From the NCBI RefSeq assembly GCF_032191835.1, contig NC_083242.1, forward strand, positions 38,626,001 through 38,690,000: 64,000 nucleotides of DNA. Direction: 5' to 3'. Source of the DNA: Heteronotia binoei. Lineage: Eukaryota. The notes beneath the pieces were generated by a model. The model did no database searches. It had not been told where the DNA came from and was given only the letters and a program-made list of their open reading frames with translations. Of this stretch, positions 19,401 through 48,260 are shown piece by piece (the stretch's first letter is position 1; the number at the start of each line of letters is the position of its first letter). A program made the position numbers and the translations under genes.

Positions 19401-22400
19401 TTCCGCAAAGGCCTCCTTGCAGCCTCCGGCCCCAGAAGGAGTCTCTCAACAGCCCCTTTCTTTCATCCTTTCTTGCTCTCTCTCGCCTTCCTTCCGTCCT
19501 TCCTTCCTGGGCAGGGCAAGGCAAGGGGACGGGGGGGGGGCTGCTGCACCCCAATCCGGCAGCCACGAGGTGCGCCTCGGCCTTCATCAGGCCTATAGCG
19601 ACGGGGGGGGGGGCTCAATCCCCCCTTCCAACTGTGTGGCCCCTCCACTGGAGGGCCCCCTTTGCTCACCGCCATTCTGCACAAGGAGCAGCCTGGCTGC
19701 TGGTCTCTTCCCTTTCATCTGTCCCCTTCCCTAACACACCTTGCAGAGCAAAGGTGGGGCGGGGGGGGGGGTTAGCTTGTGGAACTCAAGGCTCCGAGAG
19801 CCCAGGGCCACCGAGCCAGGTACCCCCCCCCCCCAAGAACAAACCCTACTGTGGCCCCCACCCAACGCGAACTCCTCGCCACAGCCCTGACCTTCGTGCT
19901 GCCCGCCTTTGGATGCTGCGCTGGAACAGGCAGGCCACCTGCCTTTCCCTAGTGCTGCCCCACAAGCCGACTCTTGAGGAATGGGCGGGGGGGGGGGGTC
20001 TGCAGAGAGGCTGAGGCTGAGCCAGCAGCAACGGGAGGAGGTGAGGCAGCCCGTGAAGACCAAACTCTTACCGAAGGTGATGCTTTTCCTGCGTCTTCTC
20101 AAAAGCCCCCCACACCTGTTCCCAGCATCCCTCGGCCTTGGCAGGCCTCTCTGCCAGCCCTGCTGGATGTGGCCCACTCGGCCTGGCGTGGGGGATCCTT
20201 GCCACCTCTCTCGCAGCCTGGCGGTGACAGATCTCAGCTGAGTGTGAAGGGGACAGAGGCCAGGAGGGACCTTTGAGGTCATCTAGTCCCCCCATTCGCC
20301 AGTCTTGGCCCCCAAGTGCAGCACTGGAATCTTTCTCTTCGGTTCCCATATCGTCTCTTGTCAACTGCTTTCTGACAGGCTGGCGTTATCCTGTTCTGTG
20401 ATCTGCCTGCTGACTGACTGAAACTTTTCACTCTCCTGCCAGCAACCAACCTTGAGTCTGCCAGAAAGGGAAGGCCATATATGGATAAGGGAAAGCCATG
20501 TCCGGCACCTCCCTGGGACGCCCACCTAGCCTCTGCCTCAAGACAACCCCCCCCCAAGGACATTCCATTGTGTCCCTCCCTGGAACAGCTCTGGTGGAGA
20601 GGGGTTTTCTCCTCTGCCTCACTCCCACCATTTCTTTCTCCTTCTGCCCGATGGAGCAAGAGAGAGCCAGATGCTGCTGGCACCCCTTCTTCTACCCGAG
20701 AGTCCAGATTTCAGGAGGTAGCTCTCCCTCGTCTCCCAGCTGTTCCAGAGGCCCTGAGTTCCAGACCTGCGGGGGCTCCCCTTGACCACCATGGCACCAG
20801 GACCTCACAAGAGGAACCCGGCTCCAGCGCAGAGACGTCTCCCTCCCCACACTGGAATGCCTTTCGCCCCCAAGGGAAGCTGCCTTTTTCCTCCCAGGAG
20901 AGCTTCTCCACCTCCTGTCCCAGAGGCCGGCTTCCCCACAGGTCAAGGGCCCAAGCTGCCTTTGTGGGAACGCTGAGCCACTGCTGCTGGGTGACATTCA
21001 CCCTTCACCCATCATTGTTAGCCGCCCGGCCCAGCAATTTGTCAGACAAGAATAGCGCAGTGAGCAGCGTCTCCCTCCTAGGCTGTGCCAGTGTCTATTT
21101 TAAAACCAGGGGCAGCCAGACAGCCCACCCCTTTCCCCGGAGACCCAGTCCTGCATGTTTTTCCCACTGAGGGCTGCCCTTCCTAGATGCTCAAGGAACC
21201 AAGTCAGACCCTCAACACCTCCCTCTCTGCCTGCTCTCGACACCTGGATCGTGTCCGGTGGTGCTCGGCCATCCCAGCATCGTCCATGGAGAGCAGATGG
21301 GCTCTTCAGCTCCACAGCCCTGCTCCTTCCTGCGCTCCTCATCCTGCCCTTCCTTCACCACCCGCCCCCCAGGCCAGCCAGGGCTCTCTCCTCCTCCCCA
21401 GGCCCTGGCCAAAACCCCTCTCCCCTTCCTTGGGCCCCAGAGCTCAAGCGGGGTTCCCCTGCCACCCGTGTCAGCACGGGTGTGTGATGCAAGCTCCATC
21501 TCTGGGTGGGGGAGGGACAAGCCACAGAGGAGGGGGCTGTGCTGCGGGGAGGGGGGGAGGAAGTATGTGTGGCAGAGGACGGGGAGCTGCAGGCTGCCCA
21601 CGACACAGACCGCGTTGCTGTTCCCCCAAAAGAGAAGCCCAGCTTGGAAGAAAGACAGATTTGCAGAAATAATAAAGTGGAGCACATCTGGTGTGGAGGA
21701 CCAAGTCTCTGGCAAGGCCTCAGGAGAGAGGCGGGTTTCCAGGGCGAGGAGGAGACCCTGCTGCTGCTGCTGCCACCGTGGTGGCTCAGAAAGGGCTCCC
21801 TGCGGGAAGGATCCCCAAAGAGGCAGTTCCTGCATATTGCAAGCCCCCTGCTAGGCTGGAATGTACCCTGGGCTGTCAACTGCAGCCAGACTGGAGGGGT
21901 GTTTTCATCCAAGTGCCCTTTTTGGACAGCTGGGTTACTCAGAGAGAGGGTGGGCAGCCACCCAGCCTGCCTGCCTCTTGGCCTGCCCAGCAGCCGGCAG
22001 GAGGGGGCCTTTCTGGCCTGGCACAGCAGGGGAACATGCATCCTGCGGCCATGGACCAGACCGAGAATCCAGCCCTCTAACCCCTGTCTGTCACCTGCTG
22101 CAGTTCCCTGACAACGGTGGGAAGGAGTTCTTGGTCCCGCCCACCCAAGACAGGTGTCACGAGGACTGCCCTACCAGTCACAAGACAGACGTAGCCCCTT
22201 CCCACTCACCATCACTGACAGAGCAGGTGTCCTTTGGAAAGCACCAGCAGACCTGTCCTGAATCTCTAAGAGGGCCCACTGGGAGAGAATGCCAGCGAGG
22301 GAGAGCGAGCGAGCGCACTCTGGCCTTTCACGAGAGGCAGGCAGAGCTGGACTGCAACGCTTTTGGGGGCAGAACCAGAATCCGTTCTGACTCTAATATG

Positions 22401-24054
22401 GGCCTCAGCAGCTGGAGAGGGCGTTGAGAGAAGCAGAAGGTCTCTTTGCAGCCCTACCTCATCACAGCGCGTAATGCCCCTGAGTGGTGGGGAGCGGGGG
22501 GCTTGGTGGGCATGTGAAGCCACCTTAGAGAAGGTCACTGTAGGCCCGCCTCGTCTCCCCTGGCCGGCAGCAGCAGTTCTCAGGCAGAGCGGGTCTTCCA
22601 GTCCACATCACCTCCTGCCGTATCCTCTGAACTTGGCACCTTCTGAGCAGCCCCAAGCCATGCCTTTGCTCCCAGAGGGCTGCGTGGAGCAGTGGCGGGA
22701 GGAGGTTGCTTTTATGGTGACCTGAGCTAATCGGCATTGTCGCCCCCCCTTCTCAGCATCTGCCCCCCCTCCAGGTGCCATTCTGGGCAGAGGTCCCATC
22801 GGCCTGGCCTAGTTACTGCCGTGAAGCTCCCAGGGTTCCATGGGTGGGGTGGTTGAAGCAAACCAGACTGGGAGGAAGAGACTTGCAGATGTGAGCAAAG
22901 GGTGTGTGCGTGTGTGTGTGCACGCAGGCAGGTGTTTCCCATTTGGGTTATATTTAGCCCTGGTGAAAGAACTGGATAATTTCCTCCTAACTGAAGTGTC
23001 GGCCAGAGCCACAGCTGCAGTTCTCTGCTGCTGGGGTGGTTTCATTTGAATATTTGGGTCCCACCCTTCAGCTAGAGAACTGGCTTGTGATTGGCCAGCT
23101 GACCCTGGCAACCAGCCAAATCCCCATGGCAATACTTCCCAGAAAAAGCATTACAGAGCTGAAGAAAATAAAAGAACAATTGAATTTAAAAATCCCCAAA
23201 GACCCAGCCATTCAGCAGCAGAAGGAAAAAACCCACCAGTGGTCTAACTACTGGGCAAAAGCGGGGGGGGGGGGGGGTGAATAATAAGGCCACCAGGAGA
23301 ATAACACTTGCTGATAAGCTCAGGGGTGTCAATGAATGGTGTCACCAAGATGTCAAGGGAAGGCGCTGCCAAGCTGGGGTGCCACAACTGAGCAGACCCT
23401 GCTCTTTGGTTGCCGTTTGGCTGAACAGGGCTGTAACTGAAGATCTCGAAGGACTGGGCAGAAAGCCCCCAATTCCTGGCCAACATCTACTTTGAACTAA
23501 GCCTGCAAGCAAAGGTGTCCGGTGCAGTTGCTAGGAGATCAGTGAGACAAAGCATCTGTGGCCAATGGGTGGGTGTTAGACTGGAGCTGCCACACCATCT
23601 AGGGAGGCAGCTTGTGCTAGTCTGGTGTTTGGGGGAGTGGCTCCCAGATCCCCACTAACCACAGCAGCAGGTCAGTGAGTGCCCGCTAGCTCAATCTGTG
23701 CCCCCCCCCAGCAGGGCACCTGGTCCTTCAAGGCTAGCTGGATGCTTTCCTCTTTGGCGTCTGGCTCCGGGCAGGCCTTCAAAATCCCCTTTCGGCTTCC
23801 AGCTGGGATGCCAGAAAAATGTTGTTGAGCCACGCCCTTCTCTGGAGCCCAATCAACAGAGCTGCTCTCTTGGCCAGGCGCTCTGGACAGCTGCAGGGCT
23901 TGCAAGGCAGGCGACCCGCCCAGGCCCACTCATGGGTGGGGGGAGGTCAGGCATGTCCAGGGAATTGGGGGCTGCAGCTGAAGAGCAGGCCCTTCACACA
24001 TCTGCAAGGCTTCAGTCACGGATCTGGGAAGCCACGTTGCTTCCTGCTTTCTCA

Positions 24055-24312
24055 GAGAGCCAGTTTGGTGCAGTGGTTAAGTGTGTATCTGGGAGAACCG
24101 GGTTTGAGTCCCCACTCCTGCACCTGCTGGAATGGCCTTGGGTCAGCCAGAGCTCTGGCAGGAGTTGTCCTTGAAAGGGCAGCTGCTGTGAGAGCTCTCT
24201 CAGCCCCACCTACCTTACAGGGTGTCTGTTGTGGGGGAGGAAGATAAAGGAGATTGTGAGCCACTGAGACTGATTCAGAGAGAAGGGTGGGGTATAAATC
24301 TGCAGTCTTCTC
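24055..24312 (+). mobile_element. tRNA-derived SINE (squamate Squam/Sauria-like)
   Basis: A-box TGGTGCAGTGG, B-box GGTTTGAGTCC, body shared with copies at 44348, 50640, 52137, 60110. Confidence 0.85.
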
Positions 24313-24482
24313 TGCTAACAGGAAGGAAGTAGCCAGCTCCCCTTGGACTCCACCACTTGGGGCCACACTGCCAAGCCCAGCAACTGGCCTTTTGGGGGGT
24401 CCTGATATCTGGCACAGGAAGTTGGGACATGGGTACCCCTGCAGCCAAAAAGAATGGTGGGCTGCATTGCATCACTCTACAC

Positions 24483-24960
24483 CAGGAGTGTCAAACATGC
24501 GGCCCAGGGGTTGAATCAGGCCCCCGAGCAACTGGCTGCTTCCTTCTCCCTCTTTCTTGCCTCCTTCTGCATCACAGCTGGCTTTGCAAGGTATCCTCAG
24601 TCACACAAGAGCTACATACCAAAATTCCTATTTTCTCCATTGGCTGAGGCTCCTCCCTTGGGAAAGAAGAGGGGAGGATGAGCTTGCTTTGCCAGGCTCT
24701 CTCAGTCCCACAGCAGAGCTACTGAGCCAAGCCTCTCTTCCTTCTCTTGGCTGAGGCTCCTCCCCCTCCTGGTCTCCTGGGGAAGGAAGGAAAGAGCCAG
24801 AGCTTCCTTTGCCCAGATCCCTGGATCCCATGGGAGAGCTACAAAGAAAGCACCCTTAAGACCAACAAGTGCTAGCATTTTAAGCAAGTTTTAAGAGTTT
24901 TTTTAAAAAATCTCTGTGTTTGTGTCCTTTATAAAGTTTATCTCTCTGCTACCTAATCTT
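24483..24960. mobile_element. Probable hAT-type non-autonomous DNA element remnant
   Basis: Starts CAGGAGTGTCAAACATGCGGCCC, a typical hAT MITE terminus; right end not located. Confidence 0.35.
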
Positions 24961-24963
24961 AAA

Positions 24964-25187
24964 AAGAATCATAGAAGGGACCTCCAGGGTCATCTAGTCC
25001 AACCTCCTGCACAATGCAGGAAACTCACAAGCCCCTCCCCCTAAATTCACAGGATCTTCATTGCTGTCAGATGGCCATCTAGCCTCTGCTTAAAAAGCCC
25101 CAAGGAAGGAGAGCCCACCGCCTCCCGAGGAAGCCTGTTCCATTGAGGAACCGCTCTAACGGACAGGAAGTTCTTCCTAATGTTCCT
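24964..25187 (-). mobile_element. CR1 LINE 3' fragment
   Basis: Minus-strand NIRKNFLSVRAVPQWNRLPREAVGSPSLGLFKQRLDGHL, the CR1 ORF2 C-terminus, followed by the CR1 tail. Confidence 0.85.
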
Positions 25188-25703
25188 CTCTAGGTACTTC
25201 TCTAGGTACACACGTGGCCAGGCCGGGCCCAACAAGTCTCATTCATGTAATGAATGAGTTTGCCACCCCTGCTCTACACCCTCCGGTTGTGCCAATGGAA
25301 TATTTTGCTCCCAACATAATGGCGCCAGCGGGGCAAGAACGCCGCTCTCTGCTCTGTGATGGGGGGGGGGGGGGGGCGAGAATGCATCTCAGTCCGGTGC
25401 CTCCCTCTGGCGCTGCGCTTGCGGCCCCTGGAGCATCCTTGAATGCTGCTCTGCGGGGCAGTCTGAGCCTGGCCGCGGCGAGGGGAGGGGAGCCCCGCCC
25501 CGTCTGGCCAGGCCCGGCCCCCGGCGTTGCTCCGCCCTTTCCCTGCGAGTGACGCCAGCCAGAGGGGGGAGGCAAAGCCTGAGGGGGAGGGCTGCCCGCC
25601 AGGACCCCGCCCCCTCCCCTCGAGCCGCCCGCCCGTCGGGGCAGCAGCAGCTGCAGGGCCGCAGAGGGCGCTCCTCCTCCTCCTGCTCTTCCTCGGGCGG
25701 CGG

Positions 25704-27072
25704 ATGGCGGGGCCGGGGCTGGAGGCGGGGGACCCGCGGGGGCGGCTGCGGCTGGGCGGCGACTTCTTCGGGCGGCCCTGCGTCGGCCTGGCCAAGGCCC
25801 TCCTGGGGCAGGCAAGCCCTCCCCTTGCAGCCTCTCCCCCGCCCGGCCCTTGCATGGGGCAGGCTTCCTGGGGTGGGGGGCAGGCAGAGGCAGCCATGAT
25901 GCAGGCCCCCCTGCCCCCCCCGCTCTCCTCCTCCCGGTGCTGGCCTTCCCTAGGGGGTGGGGGGCAGGCAGGCCGGCCTGCAGGGGGGGAGCAGAGGCAG
26001 CCATGATGCAGGCCCCCCTGCCCCCCCCAGCTCACCCTCCCCCCCCGCTCTCCTCCGCCAGGTGTAGCCCCTCTGGGGGTGGGGGGCAGGCAGGCAGGCC
26101 TGCAGGGGGGGAGCAGAGGCAGCCATGATGCAGGCCCCCCTGCCCCCCCCCAGCTCACCCTCCCTCCGGCTCTCCTCCTCCAGGTGTAGCCCCTCTGGGG
26201 GGTGGGGGGCAGGCAGGCCTGCAGGGGGGGAGCAGAGGCAGCCATGATGCAGGCTCCCCTGGCCCCCCCCAGCCCACCCTCCCCCCCCCGCTCCCTTCCA
26301 GGTGCTGCCCCCCCAGGGGGTGGGGGGCAGGCAGGCCTGCAGGGGGGGAGCAGAGGCAGCCATGATGCAGGCTCCCCTGGCCGCCCCCCCCAGCTCACCC
26401 TCCCCCCCCCGCTCTCCTCCTCCAGGTGCTGGCCCGAAGGCTGCCAGACGGGCGGGAGCTGCGGGGGCGCATCGTGGAGACAGAGGCCTACCTGGGGGGC
26501 GAGGACACAGCCTCTCACTCACGGGGCGGGCGGCGGACAGCCCGCAACGCCGCCATGTTCATGAAGCCCGGCACCCTCTACGTCTACCAGATCTATGGCC
26601 TCTACTTCTGCCTGAACATCTCCAGCCAGGGTGAGTGGCGGGGGGGGGGGGGTCCAGAGGGGCACTGCCAGGGCGGGGGCTGACCCTGGCTTGTCTCCTG
26701 GCAGGGGAGGGGGCTGCCGTCTTGCTGCGCTCCTTGGAGCCCCTGCAGGGGCTGGAGGCCATGAGGCAGCTGCGCCTGAGCCAGCGCAAAGGGGGCCACC
26801 CTCCTGCCAAGCCCCCCAAGGACTGGCAGCTGTGCAACGGGCCCTCCAAGCTGTGCCAGGCCCTCGCCATCAACAGGACCTTCGACCAGGAGGACTTGGC
26901 CAGCGCCCCGGACCTCTGGCTGGAGCCTGGCCCCGAAGCCCCCGCGGAGGCCCTGGTGTGCAGCCCCCGCATCGGCATCAGCGGCGACTGGGCCCACAAG
27001 CCCCTGCGCTTCTACCTGCGGGGCAACAAGTGCGTCAGCGTGGTGGACAAGGCGGCAGAGCAGGCCACCTGA
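25704..27072 (+). CDS. MPG: N-methylpurine DNA glycosylase (AAG), about 226 aa
   Basis: Exons 25704-25811 (GC donor), 26426-26630, 26705-27072. GDFFGRPCVGLAKALLGQ|VLARRLPDGRELRGRIVETEAYLG...MFMKPGTLYVYQIYGLYFCLNISSQG|EGAAVLLRSLEP...NGPSKLCQAL...RIGI. Catalytic ETEAY present; start codon inferred. Confidence 0.92.
25860..26425 (+). repeat. About 120-bp tandem repeat (5 copies) in MPG intron 1, each ending in a copy of the 3' splice site
   Basis: Unit ends at 25936, 26061, 26183, 26301, 26425; spacing 125/122/118/124. Confidence 0.9.
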
Positions 27073-27419
27073 GGGGAGCTGACCCCCAAAGGACTCCGGG
27101 GGGGGGCTTCTGTGTCAGAATATATGGTTTCCCCCTCAGCCTGTGGTGCCTTCTTTGACCCCCTCTGCCCCCCGACTGCTGCTGCTGGTGTCCTAGAACC
27201 CCACAACTGATGAGAGGCCCATCAGCCCCCTCCCTCCCAGCAATGTTGGAGGGGGAGTGCAGGGAGGCCCTCCACCTGACTGACTGCTGCCCTGCAAGGA
27301 GGGAGGGGTTGCCTTTGGCCTGCAGCAGCCCTGGGGGGGGGAGGCTCTCCAGGTCTCAAAAAGGGGGCAGCCTCTGATTTGTGAAGAGACCCCCCCTCCT
27401 CCCCCAAGAAGCCATCATC

Positions 27420-28407
27420 TGACCAAGAGAGAGATCTTGGGGTCGTGGTAGAGAACCCACTGAAAATGTCAAGACCGTGTGCGGTTTCAATAAAAAAGGC
27501 CAACGCCATGCTGGGAATTATTAGGAAGGGAATTGAAAACAAATCAGCCAGTATCATAATGCCCCTGTATAAATCGATGGTGCGGTCTCATTTGGAGTAC
27601 TGTGTGCAGTTCTGGTCACCGCACCTCAAAAAGGATATTATAGCATTGGAAAAAGTGCAGAAAAGGGCAACGAGGATGATTCAAGGGTTGGACCACTTTC
27701 CCTGTGAAGAAAGGTTGAAACGCTTAGGGCTCTTTAGCTTGGAGAAACGTCGACTGCGGGGTGACATGATAGAGGTTTACAAGATAATGCATGGGATGGA
27801 GAAAGTAGAGAAAGAAGTACTTTTCTCCCTTTCTCACAATACAAGAACTCGTGGGCATTCCATTAAATTGCTGAGCAGTCGGGTTAAAACGGATAAAAGG
27901 AAGTACTTCACCCAAAGGGTGATTAACATGTGGAATTCACTGCCACAGGAGGTGGTGGTGGCTGCAAGCATAGACAGCTTCAAGAGGGGAATGGATAACC
28001 ATATGGAGCAGAGGTCCATCAGTGGCTGTTAGCCAGTGTATTGTTGGAACTCTGTCTGGGGCAGGGATGCTCTTGTATTCTTGGTGCTTGGGGGGGCACA
28101 GTGGGAAGGCTTCTAGTGTCCTCGCCCCATTGATGGACCTCCTGATGGCACCTGGGTGTTTTGGCCACTGTGTGACACAGAGAGTTGGACTGGATGGTCC
28201 TTTGGCCTGATCCAACACGGCTTCTCTTATGTCTGGGGCAGGAATGCTCTGTATTCTTGGTGGGGGGGGGGAACAACAGTGGGAGGGCTTCTAGTGTCCT
28301 GGCCCCACTGATGGACCTCCTGATGGCACCTGGGTTTTGGCCACTGTGTGACAGAGTGTTGGACTGGATGGGCCATTGGCCTGATCTAACATGGCTTCTC
28401 TGATGTT
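27420..28407 (+). mobile_element. 5'-truncated CR1 LINE with duplicated 3' UTR
   Basis: ORF 27445-28032 (KKANAMLGII...HLEYCVQFWSP...EERLKRLGLFSLEKRRLRGDMIEVYKI) is the CR1 ORF2 C-terminus; the 3' UTR segment is repeated with a period of about 177 bp. Confidence 0.93.
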
Positions 28408-28874
28408 ATCACCCCCAGCGATGCTTCCCTCCTCCCGCCCAAGCCCGGGGGGGGGGGGTCTGCTCCTTTGGGGGTGACAGGATGCCCCTCCCCCTTCGCC
28501 AGGGCCAGGCCAGCCACCCCAGCTCTACTGGCCCACAAGAGATGCCATGATTCCTGCCCCACCTTCATCCCCAGACTTTTTAAAAAACACCATTCTCATC
28601 TCCTTGTTATGAAACGACTTGTTTTTTCCGTTTACTGGTCGAGTGGAAGCAGCTGCCTGGGGCTGTGGGAGAGTCAGTCCCATTTGCTGGCTAGAGAGAC
28701 CCGTCTCCTCCTTCACAACAGGGCAGTTCCTTCCGAAGCGGCTGCTTCTGGGGCAAAGTCGGAGCGCAGATGTCTGACTTGCTGCCCTGGTGACAGCCCG
28801 GGCCAGCCCCCTTCCTCTTTGGCCCCCAGCTGAGAGGGCCAAGCATTCAGAGCACTGCTGAGGGCGGGGCCTTC

Positions 28875-45607
<16,733 letters not shown>

Positions 45608-46796
45608 CCTCCCCTCCGGCCGCCACCATGGAGACGGCGCGCGCCGCTCGGAAGGGGGCGGGGCTGGGGCGGCGCATGCGCCTCGGGGCCGGAGGGGCGG
45701 GGCTTGCGTGGAGCGGGGGAAGCCAACTCCCGCCCTGCTCTCGCTCTGCCCCGACGGGAGGGGCGCACGGGAGCACCAGGTCGGCCTCCAGAGCCCGTGG
45801 CAGCCCCTCGCCTTGGCCCTCCAGTCAGGTGGGTGGCAGCCGCAGGCAGGGCCTTCTTGGCCTTGGCTCCCCCTTGGCTCTTCTTCTCCCCCTCCTTCCT
45901 AGGCGCTTGGCCTAAAGGTCGCTTTCAGCGGCTCCTGCCCTAAGGGGCTGTGGCCATGTTGTGGTCCCCAAGCTGAGGGGAGAGGCAGCACAGCCTGGCT
46001 TGTGCCAGAGCACCTCTCTGCGATCCAGGCTGAGGAGGGGGACGGGAGAGCAGCCCCCATCAGCCTCGTGGCTGGGCGGCTGCTTCTCAAGGCAGAGAGC
46101 GGGTGCAGGTGGGGTGTTGAAGAAGCCGCTGGAAAGATTCCATCAGCCGTTGGGGCTGCTCCAGGCACCTGTGCTCCTCCGTTGTGCACACATCAGTCAA
46201 AATGGGCACTGGTCAGCTCACTTGCCATGGTTCTCGATGGCTGGGAGAACACGACAAAGGCCTGCCTTTGCACCACTTGGGGGGAAGGGAAACAGGTATT
46301 GTGAATCAGTCGTCTGCTTGCACTTTCCGGAGGCTGCCCTTTGTCTGAGTGGCCACCGTTGCCAGCCCCTGCTGACCTGCGGGCTGGGCTGCTTCAGCAC
46401 AGCAGCTGCCTTTGCAAAGGGCCCAGGAACTGCCGGAGCCTACTTCACTGTTGCCTGGAGGTTGCTTTGCACGCAGCACCTCCGGTTGTGGCTCCTGGGT
46501 TCTGAGAAGAGGTCAAGGCCCACCCTGGCAGTGCCGTCCTCTTCTTAGACGGGCGTAACGTGGCTTGTGGAGCGACTGGCCCCCCCAGCCTTGGGCACTT
46601 TGGAGTGGCTCCCCTCTCCACCCCAAGTCGTTCCCAGGCACTGCGGGTTACCCTCTGAGGAGCCCGTCTACCTAGTCTGGCCGGGGCACTCCCCATTGCT
46701 TGTCCATGGCTGCCGAGTAACAGTGGGGTCAGGTCTTCCGCCTGGTCACCCCTAGGTGAATGGCAGTCTGTTTTCCTTTCCCCTGGCTGGGAGAAT

Positions 46797-46816
46797 CTTA
46801 TCTTTTACAGTTATCT
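46797..46816. promoter_or_regulatory. Paired GATA sites (possible MCS-R4 equivalent)
   Basis: CTTATCT 46797-46803 and GTTATCT 46810-46816 between the NPRL3 promoter and the globin genes. Confidence 0.35.
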
Positions 46817-47879
46817 GGTTTAAACTGAAGCGTGAGTTCAGTGCAAATGTATTCTCAAACGTGAGAACTCTTTTAGGAACGCAGGGAAAGGTGCTTGTCA
46901 GGGACCAAGCAGAAACCCGGGGGGGAGACCCATCTGCCTTTGGTCCTCCTTGGACATGGGGAGAGAGGCAGAGTGTGCCAGAGGGAGGAAGCCACCTGGG
47001 TTCAGTTCCCAGCAGCCTCTTCAGTTAAAGGGGCCCAGCAGGCAGGAGGAGACGGAGAGGTGGCAGTTTCAGGGGGTTGTGAAGCTTCTGCCTCTGCTGG
47101 CTCTTGACTGCTGGAGCAAATCTCTCCTGCCCGGAGGGCCGGCCTTCCACCTGAGCAGCCTCAGGCCATGTTGACGCTGAGCTGGATTGTCTTTTCTGTG
47201 AGGAGAACCCTGGGATCCAGTCAAAGTCTGTGTGTTGAGACTGGGGCTACGGGAATTGGAAACAGGTTTGAAGTTTATTAGGCTACGTTTTATGAAATAA
47301 ATCTTGCTTATTGTGTAAACAGTAACATTGATTATGTGTTTGTTCAAACGACTGTAACAGTAGAGAAGGGAACGCAGCCCTCGGTTGCCATCAGTCCAGG
47401 GGGAGCCGTCGCTCTGCCTCCGCAGGCCCCTGGCTCTCCCAGCCTCACATGCCCTGGACCCTGCCAACGTCTCTGGGTCATTTATGCCCAGCATGCTGGC
47501 ATTCCTCATGACACTGGTTTGGCAAGAAGCACACAAGATGCTCTCCCCCATTATCTGTGTTGTTATCATGTTCAATTGATGTAGCACCTGTTCCCTACAT
47601 AAGGCTCAGGAGCATGCTGGCACAAGGCACGCCAAAAGCCAACCCTGCTGCTGGGTTCTCTCTGCCCAGAGCTTCTGATAAGTCTCTCCTCCACTGGACT
47701 CTGGCCGCTTGGAGCTGCTGCCGTATCTGGAGGGCCAGTCCTCAGTCAGTCAGCTCGCTTCCTTCAAAACACGGACTTTCCCTGGGAACGGGGGGGGGGG
47801 GGGGGGAGGTCTTGCACCCAAGCCACGATCTCTGCCCACACCAGCCTTATCAGCCCTTCTTATGTGGCCTTGGGAACTG

Positions 47880-48260
47880 GTAAGAACTTCAGGAGAGCCC
47901 TGCTGGGTCAGACCAGGGAGGGTCCATCTAGTCCAGCCTCCTGTCTCACACAGTAGCCAACCAGTTCCTCTGGAGGGCCAACAACAGGGCAGAGAGGCCG
48001 AGGCCTTCCCCTGAGAAGAACATCAGAAGAGCCCTGCTGGATCAGACCAGTGAGGGTCCATCTAGCCCAGCCTCCTATCTCACACAGAGGCCAACCAATT
48101 CCTCTGAAGGGCCAACAACAGGGCAGAGAAGCTGAGGCCTTTCCCTGAGAAAAACCTCTGAAGAGCCCTGTTGGATCAGACCAGGGAGTGTCCATTTAGT
48201 CCAGCCTCCTGTCTCAGCCAGTGGCCACCCAGTTTCTCTGGAGGGACAGCAACAGGGCAG
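47880..48260. repeat. Three tandem copies of the CR1-tail-derived unit
   Basis: Same unit as 37725-39810. Confidence 0.8.

Noticed and set aside
17341-19408. Very long ORFs (656, 571, 489, 408 aa) on both strands
   Set aside because: Low-complexity G/P/R/A translations caused by stop-codon scarcity in the RHBDF1 CpG island; no recognisable domain
19400-24000. Hidden gene between RHBDF1 and MPG
   Set aside because: No consistent exon chain or recognisable protein; ORFs are compositionally random
47385-47579. Possible alpha-E pseudogene (SHALDPANV resembles LHA...VDPVNF)
   Set aside because: Similarity limited to a few residues, with no matching splice sites or other exons; a profile search would be needed to rescue it
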